From assembly GCA_934725575.1 (NCBI GenBank), contig CAKVCK010000001.1:218808-282807 (forward strand): a stretch of 64,000 nt of DNA. Reading direction: 5' to 3'. This stretch comes from an uncultured Bacteroidales bacterium. GTDB lineage: Bacteria; Bacteroidota; Bacteroidia; Bacteroidales; UBA932. Below the pieces are notes generated by a model, which saw only the letters and a list, made by a program, of their open reading frames with translations, was not told the origin of the DNA and made no database searches. How positions within the stretch are numbered: the stretch's first letter is position 1; every line of letters starts with the position of its first letter. The position numbers and the translations under genes were made by a program. Of the stretch, positions 19,679-29,032 are shown one piece after another.

Positions 19679-19691
19679 AATTGTTGATTGC

Positions 19692-21515
19692 CTATCTTGC
19701 GGCCACCGAAGACAATGCTCTCCAGTCGCCGCAAGGGACTTTCACTGTTTTTGTCTTGTTGCCGCAGCGGACGACAATGCTGTCGGAACCGGAGGCGTTC
19801 AAGATATAGACGCTTTTTCCGCGACGGGGCACATCAATGACGGCATTGTCCTGATATACGGCGATTATGAGTTCCGTATCGCTCTCTGCCTCGATGACAG
19901 GGTAGCCAAGTTCTGGATGGTGTGGACGGAATTCGCTTTTGAGCAGGGTCTCGCGATGTTCGGAGGCGAATTTCATCCATTTTCTCATGACGTCAAGTTG
20001 TTCTTCAGGGATATTCCTCAGCATTGTCGAGTATTGTACGACTCCGAAAATGGAATTGATTATCGCTCTTCCCACATTTTCCGGAGTTTCGGAAATATTC
20101 CATTCCAACATGTCTGAATGCACGGCAGTCGAACCGCTCGTCAGTCTGAGGGAGGCGATTCTCATTCTGTTGTCTTTGGCGTTGCCAGGACAGTCTGCTG
20201 CTCGGAACATGTTTCCGTACTGTCTGATGGCCGGACCTATGTACTGCTGTCTGAACTCAATGAGAATATCCGGTTTGATGGCTCTCAGAGCGGATGAAAC
20301 CTCTTTCATCAGCAGGTTCACTGCCTCGCTGAGATTCATGATGTCCCTTCCGGCATAATTCTCTTTTACGGCAGGATCCTCTCCCTGAAATCTGAAACTG
20401 TCGATGAAATCGAGTTTGAATCCATCCAGATTCCAGTCTTTCAATGCCTTTGTGTACAGTTCCACAAGATGTTTCCTGACCTCCGGGAAACGTGGGTCAA
20501 GCACAGCGCAACGGCTGCTCCTGTCATTGTAGAGGAACTTTCCTTCAAACTTCTTGTAGGAATCGCTGTTCCATCCGATGTATGGAACGCTGTACCAGAC
20601 AAGATATTTCATTCCTAGATCATGGACTGCTGAGACGTGTACCGCCATGTCCGGGAATTTTTTCGGGGCCGGTCTCCAGTCTCCACAGAAGGCATAACCT
20701 CTGTTTCCGTCAGTTGTCTGCCAACCGTCATCGAGAATTACGGTCTTCATTCCGAGATCTGCAGCAATACGGCACTCCTGTTCAATCGCTTCTGAGCTCA
20801 CATCCTGATGGAACTGGTACCAGCTTGAGTACAGCGGTTCAAATGCGGAATCGTTCACCGGAAAAGCATCGTAACCGTTCTCACGGCTCATCCACTCGGA
20901 TGCGTCACGGATGCTTTCTGCCCAGAATACAGGTCGTTTGTCAAGCAGAATTTTAGTCTCATAATGCTTTGCGGGAGCTTCTTTCTCTTTGAAGAATCTC
21001 AGTTCTGTGCAGATTGCGCAACCTTCTTCCATGACGCCGAGTACGGCATCTACCTTGCGGAGTACTTCTGAACAGGCGATTGTCAGGCAATTCGTATTGT
21101 TGTCATTGAAATACTCATATAGGGGCATCCTGTAGGCGAGTGAACTGCTGGCATTGGAGTGGCCCCAGAAAGGGTCCAGGTGCGTGCCGCAATTCACGTC
21201 CGGACTCCAGAAGTTGAAAACTCCTTTCTGCGGGAACGTGAAATATACATTGAATCTTGCCGGGGTAGCCTCGGACGCCGCATCCATAGAGATGCTGATT
21301 ATTTCTTTCCCTCCATCATTTTCTACCGATGCTGTAAATTTCCAGTCCCCGGGATTCTCGGAGACAATCACAATCTCATCTACAAGCGAACTGCTCAGTG
21401 CCGGGGCGACAATTGTTCCTTTGGACGCAAATGGATTGTCCGTCCAAGTGCTTTGGGCGTATGAAACGCATAAAGACAGAAAGGCTAATGCGATTGTGAG
21501 TATGTGTTTGTACAT
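19692..21515 (-). CDS. Glycoside hydrolase with an alpha-galactosidase-type (GH36-like, clan GH-D) TIM barrel
   Basis: 607 aa with a signal peptide. KTVILDDGWQ...GDW...KKFPDM...GMKYLVW pattern typical of the GH36/GH27 catalytic core. Confidence 0.6.
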   Translation of the reverse strand: MYKHILTIALAFLSLCVSYAQSTWTDNPFASKGTIVAPALSSSLVDEIVIVSENPGDWKFTASVENDGGKEIISISMDAASEATPARFNVYFTFPQKGVFNFWSPDVNCGTHLDPFWGHSNASSSLAYRMPLYEYFNDNNTNCLTIACSEVLRKVDAVLGVMEEGCAICTELRFFKEKEAPAKHYETKILLDKRPVFWAESIRDASEWMSRENGYDAFPVNDSAFEPLYSSWYQFHQDVSSEAIEQECRIAADLGMKTVILDDGWQTTDGNRGYAFCGDWRPAPKKFPDMAVHVSAVHDLGMKYLVWYSVPYIGWNSDSYKKFEGKFLYNDRSSRCAVLDPRFPEVRKHLVELYTKALKDWNLDGFKLDFIDSFRFQGEDPAVKENYAGRDIMNLSEAVNLLMKEVSSALRAIKPDILIEFRQQYIGPAIRQYGNMFRAADCPGNAKDNRMRIASLRLTSGSTAVHSDMLEWNISETPENVGRAIINSIFGVVQYSTMLRNIPEEQLDVMRKWMKFASEHRETLLKSEFRPHHPELGYPVIEAESDTELIIAVYQDNAVIDVPRRGKSVYILNASGSDSIVVRCGNKTKTVKVPCGDWRALSSVAAR

Positions 21516-21592
21516 ATGAACTGTTTAAAAAAATGTGATTGCTTCAAATGTGAGAATGCAAGATGTGTGAAATTCTGGCGAATAATATGACA

Positions 21593-23521
21593 CTACTCCG
21601 AAGGAGCATCATTGTATGCCCTGTATTCGCCCTTCATTACGTTCAGGGTTTTTGGAAGCCAGACTTTGTAGCGGGTGGATTTGTCCCAAGTATTGCCTGC
21701 TGAGGCGAAGTCGCAGAGGTGGATCTGGCGAGGCTTGCCGTTGCCTTCAAGGTCTGCTCCGGCAATCATCGGGGCTGTAAACGCCATCCACGCGAAATCG
21801 TTGTTGTCTGCCGGGGTCAGGGCGACGCTGCCGTCCTCCGAAGATTGGATTACCACACTTTCATCCACGAAACCGTCGTCGAAGCGCGAATCCCTTGCAA
21901 GGACTATAGGGCCGCGCACAATAGCCTGATGCCCATTCAGTTCGAACAGATGTGGCGTAAGGTCCAGCGAGAGTTCAATGCGGTCACCTTTCTTCCACCT
22001 GCGTTCTACTTTCGCATATTCGCCTGCAGAAAGATTCTCAAGATTTATTTTCAATGTATCTGTGCCGCTGATTACACTTGCCGTCGTTGTTTTGCTCCAC
22101 TGTGGTATCCTCAACGCCAAAGTGAATTCTGCGGGCTTTGCCGGCGAGAGTTCTATGGAGATGTTTCCGGAAACCGGATAATTGCCATGGAGACTGATTC
22201 CCATAGAGTTGCGTTTGTCCAGCGAAATCTCAGCCTCAGAATCACCATAATGGTTTATCTTCAGGCAATCTCCTTCTGTGATAAAAGCGAGAGCCGGAAT
22301 CATCGCGAAGGCGCGGGGACCATTGGCATTGCAGCAGTTTATATTCATATGGCATTGTTTTTCACCTTCCACTCTCCAGCCCTCAAGCGGGGTATATTTG
22401 GCAATCTGGCTTCCGTCGCACTTCATCGAACCGAGAATGGCGTTGTAGAATGTCTTCTCGATTTGGTCCGCGTAGCGGGAGTCTCCGCAGAATTTCAGGA
22501 GTCTGCTGCAGAGCTGCATCCAGGTGAAGCCGACGCAGGTCTCCATAGTGTGGTAGGTCGGAATTGTCTGGAGTGATTTTCCTCCGTACCAGCACTCGAC
22601 CGAGCTGCCTGAACCGGCGATGTTGATTTCCTCTTCGATTATGTGTGATACGCTCTTTCGTACGGCCTCGTAATCTGCTTCGTTTCCGGTCACTTTATAG
22701 TATTCGAGCAGTCCTTCGTAGCAGGACATCATTTCGTATGCCTTGGCTCCGTTTTCGTAGGAAAACCACTTTGTCTGAGGATGCGGAAAGCGCAGAGCCA
22801 CAGGTGTATCGGAGCGGCTGACCAGTCTTGGGCCGTCCTGGGTCTCCCACTGTGTGACGATGTCTGTCGCGAAATCGAGATAGCGTTTGTTTCCGGTTAT
22901 GTCGTACAGTTTCATAATCGGTTCGAGCACGGAAGAACTTGCCATGCCCCGGTACAGTCCGCATTTTACAATCTTGGCATTCTTGGATTTGAGCTGTGAA
23001 ATGAGGTGGTCTGCAACACCCGATGCCGCAGCAAGGGCCTGGCTGTCACCTGAAAGTTCGTACCATCCGAGCAGCCCCAGCATTGTGTACTTCCGTCCCC
23101 AAATGTCCCATTCGCGCAACTGATAATCAGGCGCATAGTTCCCGATGTAGCCGTCAGGTCCCTGGGTTTCCATGATATGTCTGACTGAAGCGGCAATCTT
23201 TTCATAAAGTGCTGCATCACCGGTGTAGCGGTACGTCTCGATTGCTCCCAAGGTCCATTTCCCCCAAAACTCGCTTTGCCATCGCCAGGATTCGTTCCTG
23301 TGACGGAAAGGCTCCACAAGTTCATCTACATCCTGTCCCATGACACGATGCAGGATGCAGTCGTCGATTCTTCTTCCTACATGTCCATTGATTTTCACCG
23401 ACTTCACCTTCATTTCCGCAGTCTTTGCGTGGCCGATGTTTCCTCCTGCGCAGATTGGGCAGGCGAAAATCGTTAGCAGAGCGCTCATGACAAATGTCTG
23501 AACACTAAGATTTTTTTTCAT
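21593..23521 (-). CDS. Glycoside hydrolase family 127 (beta-L-arabinofuranosidase / DUF1680 type)
   Basis: 642 aa with a signal peptide. Size and a Cys-rich HMNINCCNANGPRAF segment match the Zn-Cys3 site of HypBA1-type GH127. (alpha/alpha)6 N-terminal domain. Confidence 0.85.
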   Translation of the reverse strand: MKKNLSVQTFVMSALLTIFACPICAGGNIGHAKTAEMKVKSVKINGHVGRRIDDCILHRVMGQDVDELVEPFRHRNESWRWQSEFWGKWTLGAIETYRYTGDAALYEKIAASVRHIMETQGPDGYIGNYAPDYQLREWDIWGRKYTMLGLLGWYELSGDSQALAAASGVADHLISQLKSKNAKIVKCGLYRGMASSSVLEPIMKLYDITGNKRYLDFATDIVTQWETQDGPRLVSRSDTPVALRFPHPQTKWFSYENGAKAYEMMSCYEGLLEYYKVTGNEADYEAVRKSVSHIIEEEINIAGSGSSVECWYGGKSLQTIPTYHTMETCVGFTWMQLCSRLLKFCGDSRYADQIEKTFYNAILGSMKCDGSQIAKYTPLEGWRVEGEKQCHMNINCCNANGPRAFAMIPALAFITEGDCLKINHYGDSEAEISLDKRNSMGISLHGNYPVSGNISIELSPAKPAEFTLALRIPQWSKTTTASVISGTDTLKINLENLSAGEYAKVERRWKKGDRIELSLDLTPHLFELNGHQAIVRGPIVLARDSRFDDGFVDESVVIQSSEDGSVALTPADNNDFAWMAFTAPMIAGADLEGNGKPRQIHLCDFASAGNTWDKSTRYKVWLPKTLNVMKGEYRAYNDAPSE

Positions 23522-23576
23522 ATTTATGTGCCTTTTAAATTTTGTACAACTAAGTTACGAAAAAATGTCCTTCTCT

Positions 23577-24530
23577 CTAGGACATCTTTACCGGAATGAT
23601 GAAGCCGTTTTCATCAAATTCGAGACGGTCAATGCAGACCACGCGGTTGTCTCCGTCGGTGGTATCGAGCGGATGGCGATGGTAGATAATGTAGTAATTG
23701 TCGCCACGTCGCACTACGCTGTGATGTCCGGCGCCTGTTCCGTGCTCAGTGTCGCCTTTAAGAATAGTACCTACTCTTTCGAACGGACCGTAAGGAGTGT
23801 CGGAAATGGAGTAGGCGACACGGTAGTTATCCTTGCGCCAGCTTCCTTCGCTCCACATGAAGTAGAACTTTCCGTTACGCTGAATCATAAACGGTCCCTC
23901 TACATAACCTTCAGGTGTGACCTCACGGAAAAGAGTTCCGTCCTCGAAAGGAACAATGGATGTGAAGTCATCGGAGAGCCGGACGAGATTGCAGTGGCCC
24001 CAGCCGCCGTAGAACATCAGCCAATCTCCGGATGCCGGATCCTGATAGACGAACTGGTCGATTGGCTGTGCCCCATTGACGATGTCGTTAAGAAGTGGCT
24101 TGCCGAGGAGGTCGCGGAAAGGGCCTTCGGGCTTGTCGGACACGGCTACACCTATGCCTCCTGTTTCTCCCTCATGAACATCGTTGCAGGCGAAGAAAAG
24201 GAAGAACTTTCCGTCCTTGTTCACGATGGCAGGAGCCCAGAGAGCCTTGTGAAGCCAGCTTATCTCTTTGTCTGTGATGATGTTGCTGTGCTTGGTCCAT
24301 GTCTTGAGGTCTTTGGAGGAGAATGCATCCATATGGAGCTGTTCCTCAAAAGGATGCGATGCTGTGGGATATATCCACAGTTCATCATCGATTATTATTC
24401 CCTCCGGGTCTGCATACTGTCCTTCGAAAAGCGGGTTTGTCCATCCCGTCCACTCCGATGTCTTCGGTGCACATGCGGATGTTATGAAAAAAGAAATTGA
24501 CGCAATTAATAGAATTGTTCTGAATTTCAT
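23577..24530 (-). CDS. Glycoside hydrolase family 43 (arabinofuranosidase/xylosidase type)
   Basis: Start at MKFRTILLIASI... (lipobox-like SAC). Five-bladed propeller motifs (YADPEGII, LWAPAIVNKDGKFFLFF, GGWGHCNLVRLSDD, EGPFMIQRNGKFYFMWSE). Confidence 0.85.
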   Translation of the reverse strand: MKFRTILLIASISFFITSACAPKTSEWTGWTNPLFEGQYADPEGIIIDDELWIYPTASHPFEEQLHMDAFSSKDLKTWTKHSNIITDKEISWLHKALWAPAIVNKDGKFFLFFACNDVHEGETGGIGVAVSDKPEGPFRDLLGKPLLNDIVNGAQPIDQFVYQDPASGDWLMFYGGWGHCNLVRLSDDFTSIVPFEDGTLFREVTPEGYVEGPFMIQRNGKFYFMWSEGSWRKDNYRVAYSISDTPYGPFERVGTILKGDTEHGTGAGHHSVVRRGDNYYIIYHRHPLDTTDGDNRVVCIDRLEFDENGFIIPVKMS

Positions 24531-24624
24531 ATGTTTTGTCATTATAAAAGTGGCTGAGACCGCTGTGTGGAATCAGCCACTTTCAGTTAGTAATCAATGT
24601 GTCAGTGCATAGTCAAGCCCGGAA

Positions 24625-26817
24625 TCAGTTGCCCTGATATGAACCTGGCCATACGGCTGAACTGTTTCCGTAGATGTCGAAAGCATTGATGCTGTCGAGC
24701 CAGCCGAGGAAGTCCTCACCCGCCTTGCTTCCGTCATATATCTCAGCAGAACCGGCATAAAGCTTTCCTGTGTTGGTGTTGCTGTATGACTTTATTGCAG
24801 TGCGGAGCTGTTCAAGCGTGAGCTTCGTGAGGCTTGTGCTGCCGTTCCAGAGGTAGTGCTTTGAACCTGAGTTCCAAGAGAGGGCGAGTGCCGCAGCCGC
24901 AGCCCTGTTGGCAAATGTGTCGTCATTTGCCGAAGCCTCGTACTGGCCATTGGCATTGATGCTTCCGACTATCACGTTGCCGCCGAGAGATTTCAGTTTT
25001 CTGCCGGAAGACGACATGTCTATGGCTGTTCTGTCCTGCTCCTGGATGATGAGGCTGTTGATGAGTCGTGAACCGCTCTTCGGGTCTGATTCGCAGCGGA
25101 TGGCCGGATTGGCATTGGATGCGACGATTGTGCTTGACGCGATGAGCATTCCTCCTGAACCGTTTACGGCTCCGGTTGCGCCGCAGCCGCTGTCATTTCC
25201 GGCGAAGGTTACATTGTGAAGACAAATGTTGCCTCCGACATCATTGAGATGCACGAGCAGGCCGAAACCGCCTCCGCCAAAAGTGTTGTTGACAAAGGTA
25301 CATGCATTGAGATAGACCCTGCTCTCTTTCTGGGCGAGACGTATGAGACCACGTACACCGCCTTCCGCACGACAAGCGTCGAAGATTACGTTGTCAAGCT
25401 TTGCAAGTCCCTTCCTGACCATAATTATCGGATTCTGTCCGCCGGATGCCGTACATTTCTTGAATGTGCAGTTCGTGAAGTTCACGCGGGAGTCACCGGA
25501 CCCACCGGCTGCCAACATGATGCAACCGTCGCCGCCGCTCTTCAAGTTCGTGAATGTGATGCCGTCGAACGTAGGTTCCGTCTGGTTGCCGAGGGTGATG
25601 AAGCGGTTGCTTCCGCCACCGTCGAATACGGTTTCAGAACCCTTGCGGCTGACATCTGTTCCTGTGCTGGCAGGGTCGTAGCCGCCGTGCACACGGAATT
25701 TTACTCTGGATCCGTATCCGGAGTATTCCACTTTTACCTGGGATACTGAATAGGTTCCGCCGGTAAAGTAGAAGTCTCTGTCATCCACGTTGTCGGCATT
25801 CTCATCAGACTCTGCCTGACTTCCGTTCTTCTGCTTGATCATATTGAGGAACTCTGTCATTCCCATTGCATTCTCCCATGAGTGACCGTCTCTTGTTCCA
25901 CATGCCTGCGGCTTCACGAAGTAAGGAAGCAGAGGAACTTTCTCAGCATCGCCTCCAGGAATGACAATGGTGCTTTCGTCCCAAGGATCCACGGAAGGAG
26001 TGTCAATGGAGATGATGGTTTCCGAGATGTTTATTTTCATGTCATATCGGAAGCCTTTCTTGAGCTCAGGCACACCGGTTAATGTGATGTCCTTTCCTTT
26101 GTAGTTGAAGGTGACGAATACCTTTGAATCGTCAGCCTCAGAAGGGACTACAATCGCAGTGTAGGTCGTTCCGTTCTGTCCTGAGATTTTTCCTTCCGCA
26201 GCAACAATATGTGGGCTGATGTACATCCTGTCTGAGTTCGGATGTCCTTCGGTGAATCCGGTCGAAGTCCACACGCGGAATCCCTGGACACGGGCGCTGC
26301 CTTCAATTCCTGACAAAGTGAAACTTACCTTGGCCATCTGGCGTTCCATTTCCAGACGGAGGCTTCCGTCGCTTGTCTTGACGGCATCAGCAACTGTGCA
26401 GGTCATATAATCAGCCGCAGCAAGACGGTCTGCCGTGCGCTGCGAAGACTGGAGTTCAAAGTTGCCGAAAGTTGTCGATGTCTCCGTGGCAGGGTAGAAT
26501 GCCGAGTAGCTGACAGGAGCGGAACCCCAGCGCAGATAATAATTGTCTGTTGTCTTCCATCCTTTGTCTGTCAGTCTGTAGGTCACATGACCGTCGTTGC
26601 AGAGCAGTGCAATCATGTCTCCTTTGTTGAACTCGGTTTCTTTTCCGTCCGTAACCGGATTCGACTTCGTGTATGGAGAAGCTATTTCCGGGATTATGCG
26701 TATGGCACGTTCGTCACTGTCAAACGAAGGCTGCACTTTTTCCTTCTCGCAAGAAGAAAATGCAAGCATCGCTGCAAGGACGACCGTTATTTTTGATATT
26801 CCTGATTTCATAGTCAT
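24625..26817 (-). CDS. Surface lipoprotein: N-terminal fimbrillin/Mfa-like (SGBP-like) domain plus C-terminal right-handed parallel beta-helix (pectin-lyase fold; DUF4957/DUF5123-like)
   Basis: Lipobox AFSSCEK. N-terminal domain carries an AADYMT motif. The C-terminal half has the NxTxxxCxA/GG repeat pattern of beta-helix proteins (VNFTNCTFKKCTASGG..., NACTFVNNTFGGGG..., LHNVTFAGNDSG). It is a paralog of the next gene. Confidence 0.65.
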   Translation of the reverse strand: MTMKSGISKITVVLAAMLAFSSCEKEKVQPSFDSDERAIRIIPEIASPYTKSNPVTDGKETEFNKGDMIALLCNDGHVTYRLTDKGWKTTDNYYLRWGSAPVSYSAFYPATETSTTFGNFELQSSQRTADRLAAADYMTCTVADAVKTSDGSLRLEMERQMAKVSFTLSGIEGSARVQGFRVWTSTGFTEGHPNSDRMYISPHIVAAEGKISGQNGTTYTAIVVPSEADDSKVFVTFNYKGKDITLTGVPELKKGFRYDMKINISETIISIDTPSVDPWDESTIVIPGGDAEKVPLLPYFVKPQACGTRDGHSWENAMGMTEFLNMIKQKNGSQAESDENADNVDDRDFYFTGGTYSVSQVKVEYSGYGSRVKFRVHGGYDPASTGTDVSRKGSETVFDGGGSNRFITLGNQTEPTFDGITFTNLKSGGDGCIMLAAGGSGDSRVNFTNCTFKKCTASGGQNPIIMVRKGLAKLDNVIFDACRAEGGVRGLIRLAQKESRVYLNACTFVNNTFGGGGFGLLVHLNDVGGNICLHNVTFAGNDSGCGATGAVNGSGGMLIASSTIVASNANPAIRCESDPKSGSRLINSLIIQEQDRTAIDMSSSGRKLKSLGGNVIVGSINANGQYEASANDDTFANRAAAAALALSWNSGSKHYLWNGSTSLTKLTLEQLRTAIKSYSNTNTGKLYAGSAEIYDGSKAGEDFLGWLDSINAFDIYGNSSAVWPGSYQGN

Positions 26818-26824
26818 TTCCCTA

Positions 26825-29020
26825 TTATTTTATAGTTATTGACATTTGGCCGGAGGAGGCCGATTTTGTTGTAGAAATGTTAATTGTGAGCTCGGCTGTC
26901 TTTCCCGGAGCGAGTGTCACATCAGACGATGATTCCCAGACATACTGGCGTTTGTTGAAAGTCGCCTTGACCGACAGGGAGCCGATTGTGGCAGTCTGCG
27001 GCACAGTGATGAGTTCATAAGAATCCTCTCTGACATTAGGGAACATATTGACAAGGGCACCGTCAGCGACAACTTCAGGAGAAGCCGCATTGAGGTCACA
27101 TTTTCCTTCTGCCTTCAGTCCGCCTACGGAGAGAGATGCGATTTTCGACGTCTCTATCGGCGTACCGTCCAGGGTGAGTTTTATAATCAGCCTTGTGTTG
27201 AGATGACCTAGTTTAAGCTGAAGCTTTCCGTCAGCAAGATCAGTTGATGGATTCACACTGCCTTTCCAGAGCACGAAATCTGCTGCTGTGAGTTCCGCTG
27301 CGGTCGCCTGATTGCTTGGACATGACACAGGAACAAAGCCGTCAACCGCATCTGCATAAGGGGCATACGCGGTGACTGTTACCGTCGTACCCTTGCCGTC
27401 CCAAAGCATGGTTTCTCCGTCATCTGCAACATATTCGTCTCCGAGCAGAACCATCTTCTTGTTGTAGGAATAAACACCTTTCGGGTTTGTGAGGATAAAG
27501 CCGAACGAATCCGGACGGCTGGCGGTGTTTCCGGAAAAAGTATCGGATGATACGCTGAAGCGCAGAGCCTTGGAAGCTTCACCTTCAAGGCACGGGTCGT
27601 ATGCACCAGGAAGGAGTTTTGCCGGATTTCTCGACTTGCCGCGGCCGTCCACAGCAAAACCGTCACACCATTCTGCGAAGACCTTACCGATTTCCGGAAC
27701 AGAACATGATGCAGGGTTGAATTCCCGTGCATAACCATCGAGTTCTGATGCTGTGGCGTATGTCTCGGGGGAAAGTTTGGAGTTGTCCCAAACATATGCC
27801 CCATCCTCAAGAGAACCGAAATTCTTCAAGTCCGTGTCGTATGTGACATCCGAAGGGGCGGACTGGAGTTCACCGGCTACCTTGTTGAATATGTTGTGTC
27901 CGCCTGAAACTGCGACCCTTCCGCTGCCGTTAAGCAGGAATCCAGGCGCGCCGTTTGTGTTCAGGCTTATGTTGTTGGCAAAGAAGGACCCATTTCTTGC
28001 GTCTGACTCGCAGCGTATTCCGGCAGTCGTGTCATCAGAAATGATTGTAGAGTTGATGACCAGCATCGCTCCTCCGCCATTGACGGTTCCGCCCGCTCCT
28101 TTGTTGCCCACGGCGTTTGAGCAGAAAGTCGAGTTGTTGACGCAGATTGTTCCTGATGAGAGCTGCAGACCGGAGCCCCAGTCGCTTTTCACGCTGTTGT
28201 CGTGAATGCTGCACCTGTCGAGGAACAGTATGGCTTTGTCGTTGTTGCATCTGAGTGCACCGCCTCTCGAAACTCCTGAGCATCCGCTCAATTCGCAGGC
28301 TTTAAGTCTTGCCTGGCCTGAGCGGACATAGACTGCGGCGCCACCGGCATAGCCGTTAGTGGTGGTGGCGCTCACGCAATTCTCGAAGCGGCAATTCACA
28401 AATTCAATCCAAGTTTCGGCATCCCCATCGACAAAGACACCGGCCCCGCTCTTCTGCGCGGAAGCAGTCTTTTCGTTGATATAGCCATTGCGGAATGTGA
28501 TCCCGTCAAATGACGAGTTGCCTCCATAGACGCAAAGAAGTCCGCAGTCCCCCTCGTCGGCCCTGTTGTTCTTGTTTACATCGCCGCTGAAAACTGTCGC
28601 GTGGTTCACAACGTCTCTGACGCTTACATCCGTACCTTTGCTCAGAATGCTGTATCCACCCATCACAGAGCCGATATTCTTCCTTATCTCCGGACCGAAA
28701 ACGGAACCGCTCGACATATAATAGTTGCCTTCAGAGACATGGATTTTAGTCTTTGACAAATCCGTCTGGTCTGTAAGCAGACCCAGGAATGTGTCTGCAT
28801 CAAAGGCATTCTCCCACGATGAACCGTCCATTTCTCCCTCACCATATGGAGTGACGAATATGGCAGTTTCCTTCTTTCCTCCGAAATCTTCGTCTTCGAG
28901 GCTGTCATCGTCCGAGGACGCTGACGGAGGAGGAAGCATCTGATATGTCTTCTGACAAGAGCCGGTTCCTAAAAGGGAAAGGGCGGCCAATGTCATAAAA
29001 AATGATCTTCTGATATTCAT
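26825..29020 (-). CDS. Surface lipoprotein, paralog of the previous gene with reversed domain order: N-terminal beta-helix, C-terminal fimbrillin/Mfa-like domain
   Basis: Lipobox LGTGSCQ. The beta-helix repeats (FVNCRFENCVSA..., LKACELSGCSG..., LFLDRCSIHDNS..., VNNSTFCSNAVG) lie in the N-terminal half. The conserved segment GGGAMLVINSTIISDDTTAGIRCESDARNGS matches GSGGMLIASSTIVASNANPAIRCESDPKSGS in the paralog. An AADFVLW motif is C-terminal. Confidence 0.65.
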   Translation of the reverse strand: MNIRRSFFMTLAALSLLGTGSCQKTYQMLPPPSASSDDDSLEDEDFGGKKETAIFVTPYGEGEMDGSSWENAFDADTFLGLLTDQTDLSKTKIHVSEGNYYMSSGSVFGPEIRKNIGSVMGGYSILSKGTDVSVRDVVNHATVFSGDVNKNNRADEGDCGLLCVYGGNSSFDGITFRNGYINEKTASAQKSGAGVFVDGDAETWIEFVNCRFENCVSATTTNGYAGGAAVYVRSGQARLKACELSGCSGVSRGGALRCNNDKAILFLDRCSIHDNSVKSDWGSGLQLSSGTICVNNSTFCSNAVGNKGAGGTVNGGGAMLVINSTIISDDTTAGIRCESDARNGSFFANNISLNTNGAPGFLLNGSGRVAVSGGHNIFNKVAGELQSAPSDVTYDTDLKNFGSLEDGAYVWDNSKLSPETYATASELDGYAREFNPASCSVPEIGKVFAEWCDGFAVDGRGKSRNPAKLLPGAYDPCLEGEASKALRFSVSSDTFSGNTASRPDSFGFILTNPKGVYSYNKKMVLLGDEYVADDGETMLWDGKGTTVTVTAYAPYADAVDGFVPVSCPSNQATAAELTAADFVLWKGSVNPSTDLADGKLQLKLGHLNTRLIIKLTLDGTPIETSKIASLSVGGLKAEGKCDLNAASPEVVADGALVNMFPNVREDSYELITVPQTATIGSLSVKATFNKRQYVWESSSDVTLAPGKTAELTINISTTKSASSGQMSITIK

Positions 29021-29032
29021 AGTTATCCTTCC

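Noticed and set aside
21719-22576. 285-aa plus-strand ORF antisense to the GH127 gene; likewise 23526-24500 + (antisense to GH43), 38295-39113 + (antisense to pnp) and 45410-45862 + (antisense to GH29)
   Set aside because: Each is fully contained in a strongly supported gene on the other strand and has no recognizable motifs.
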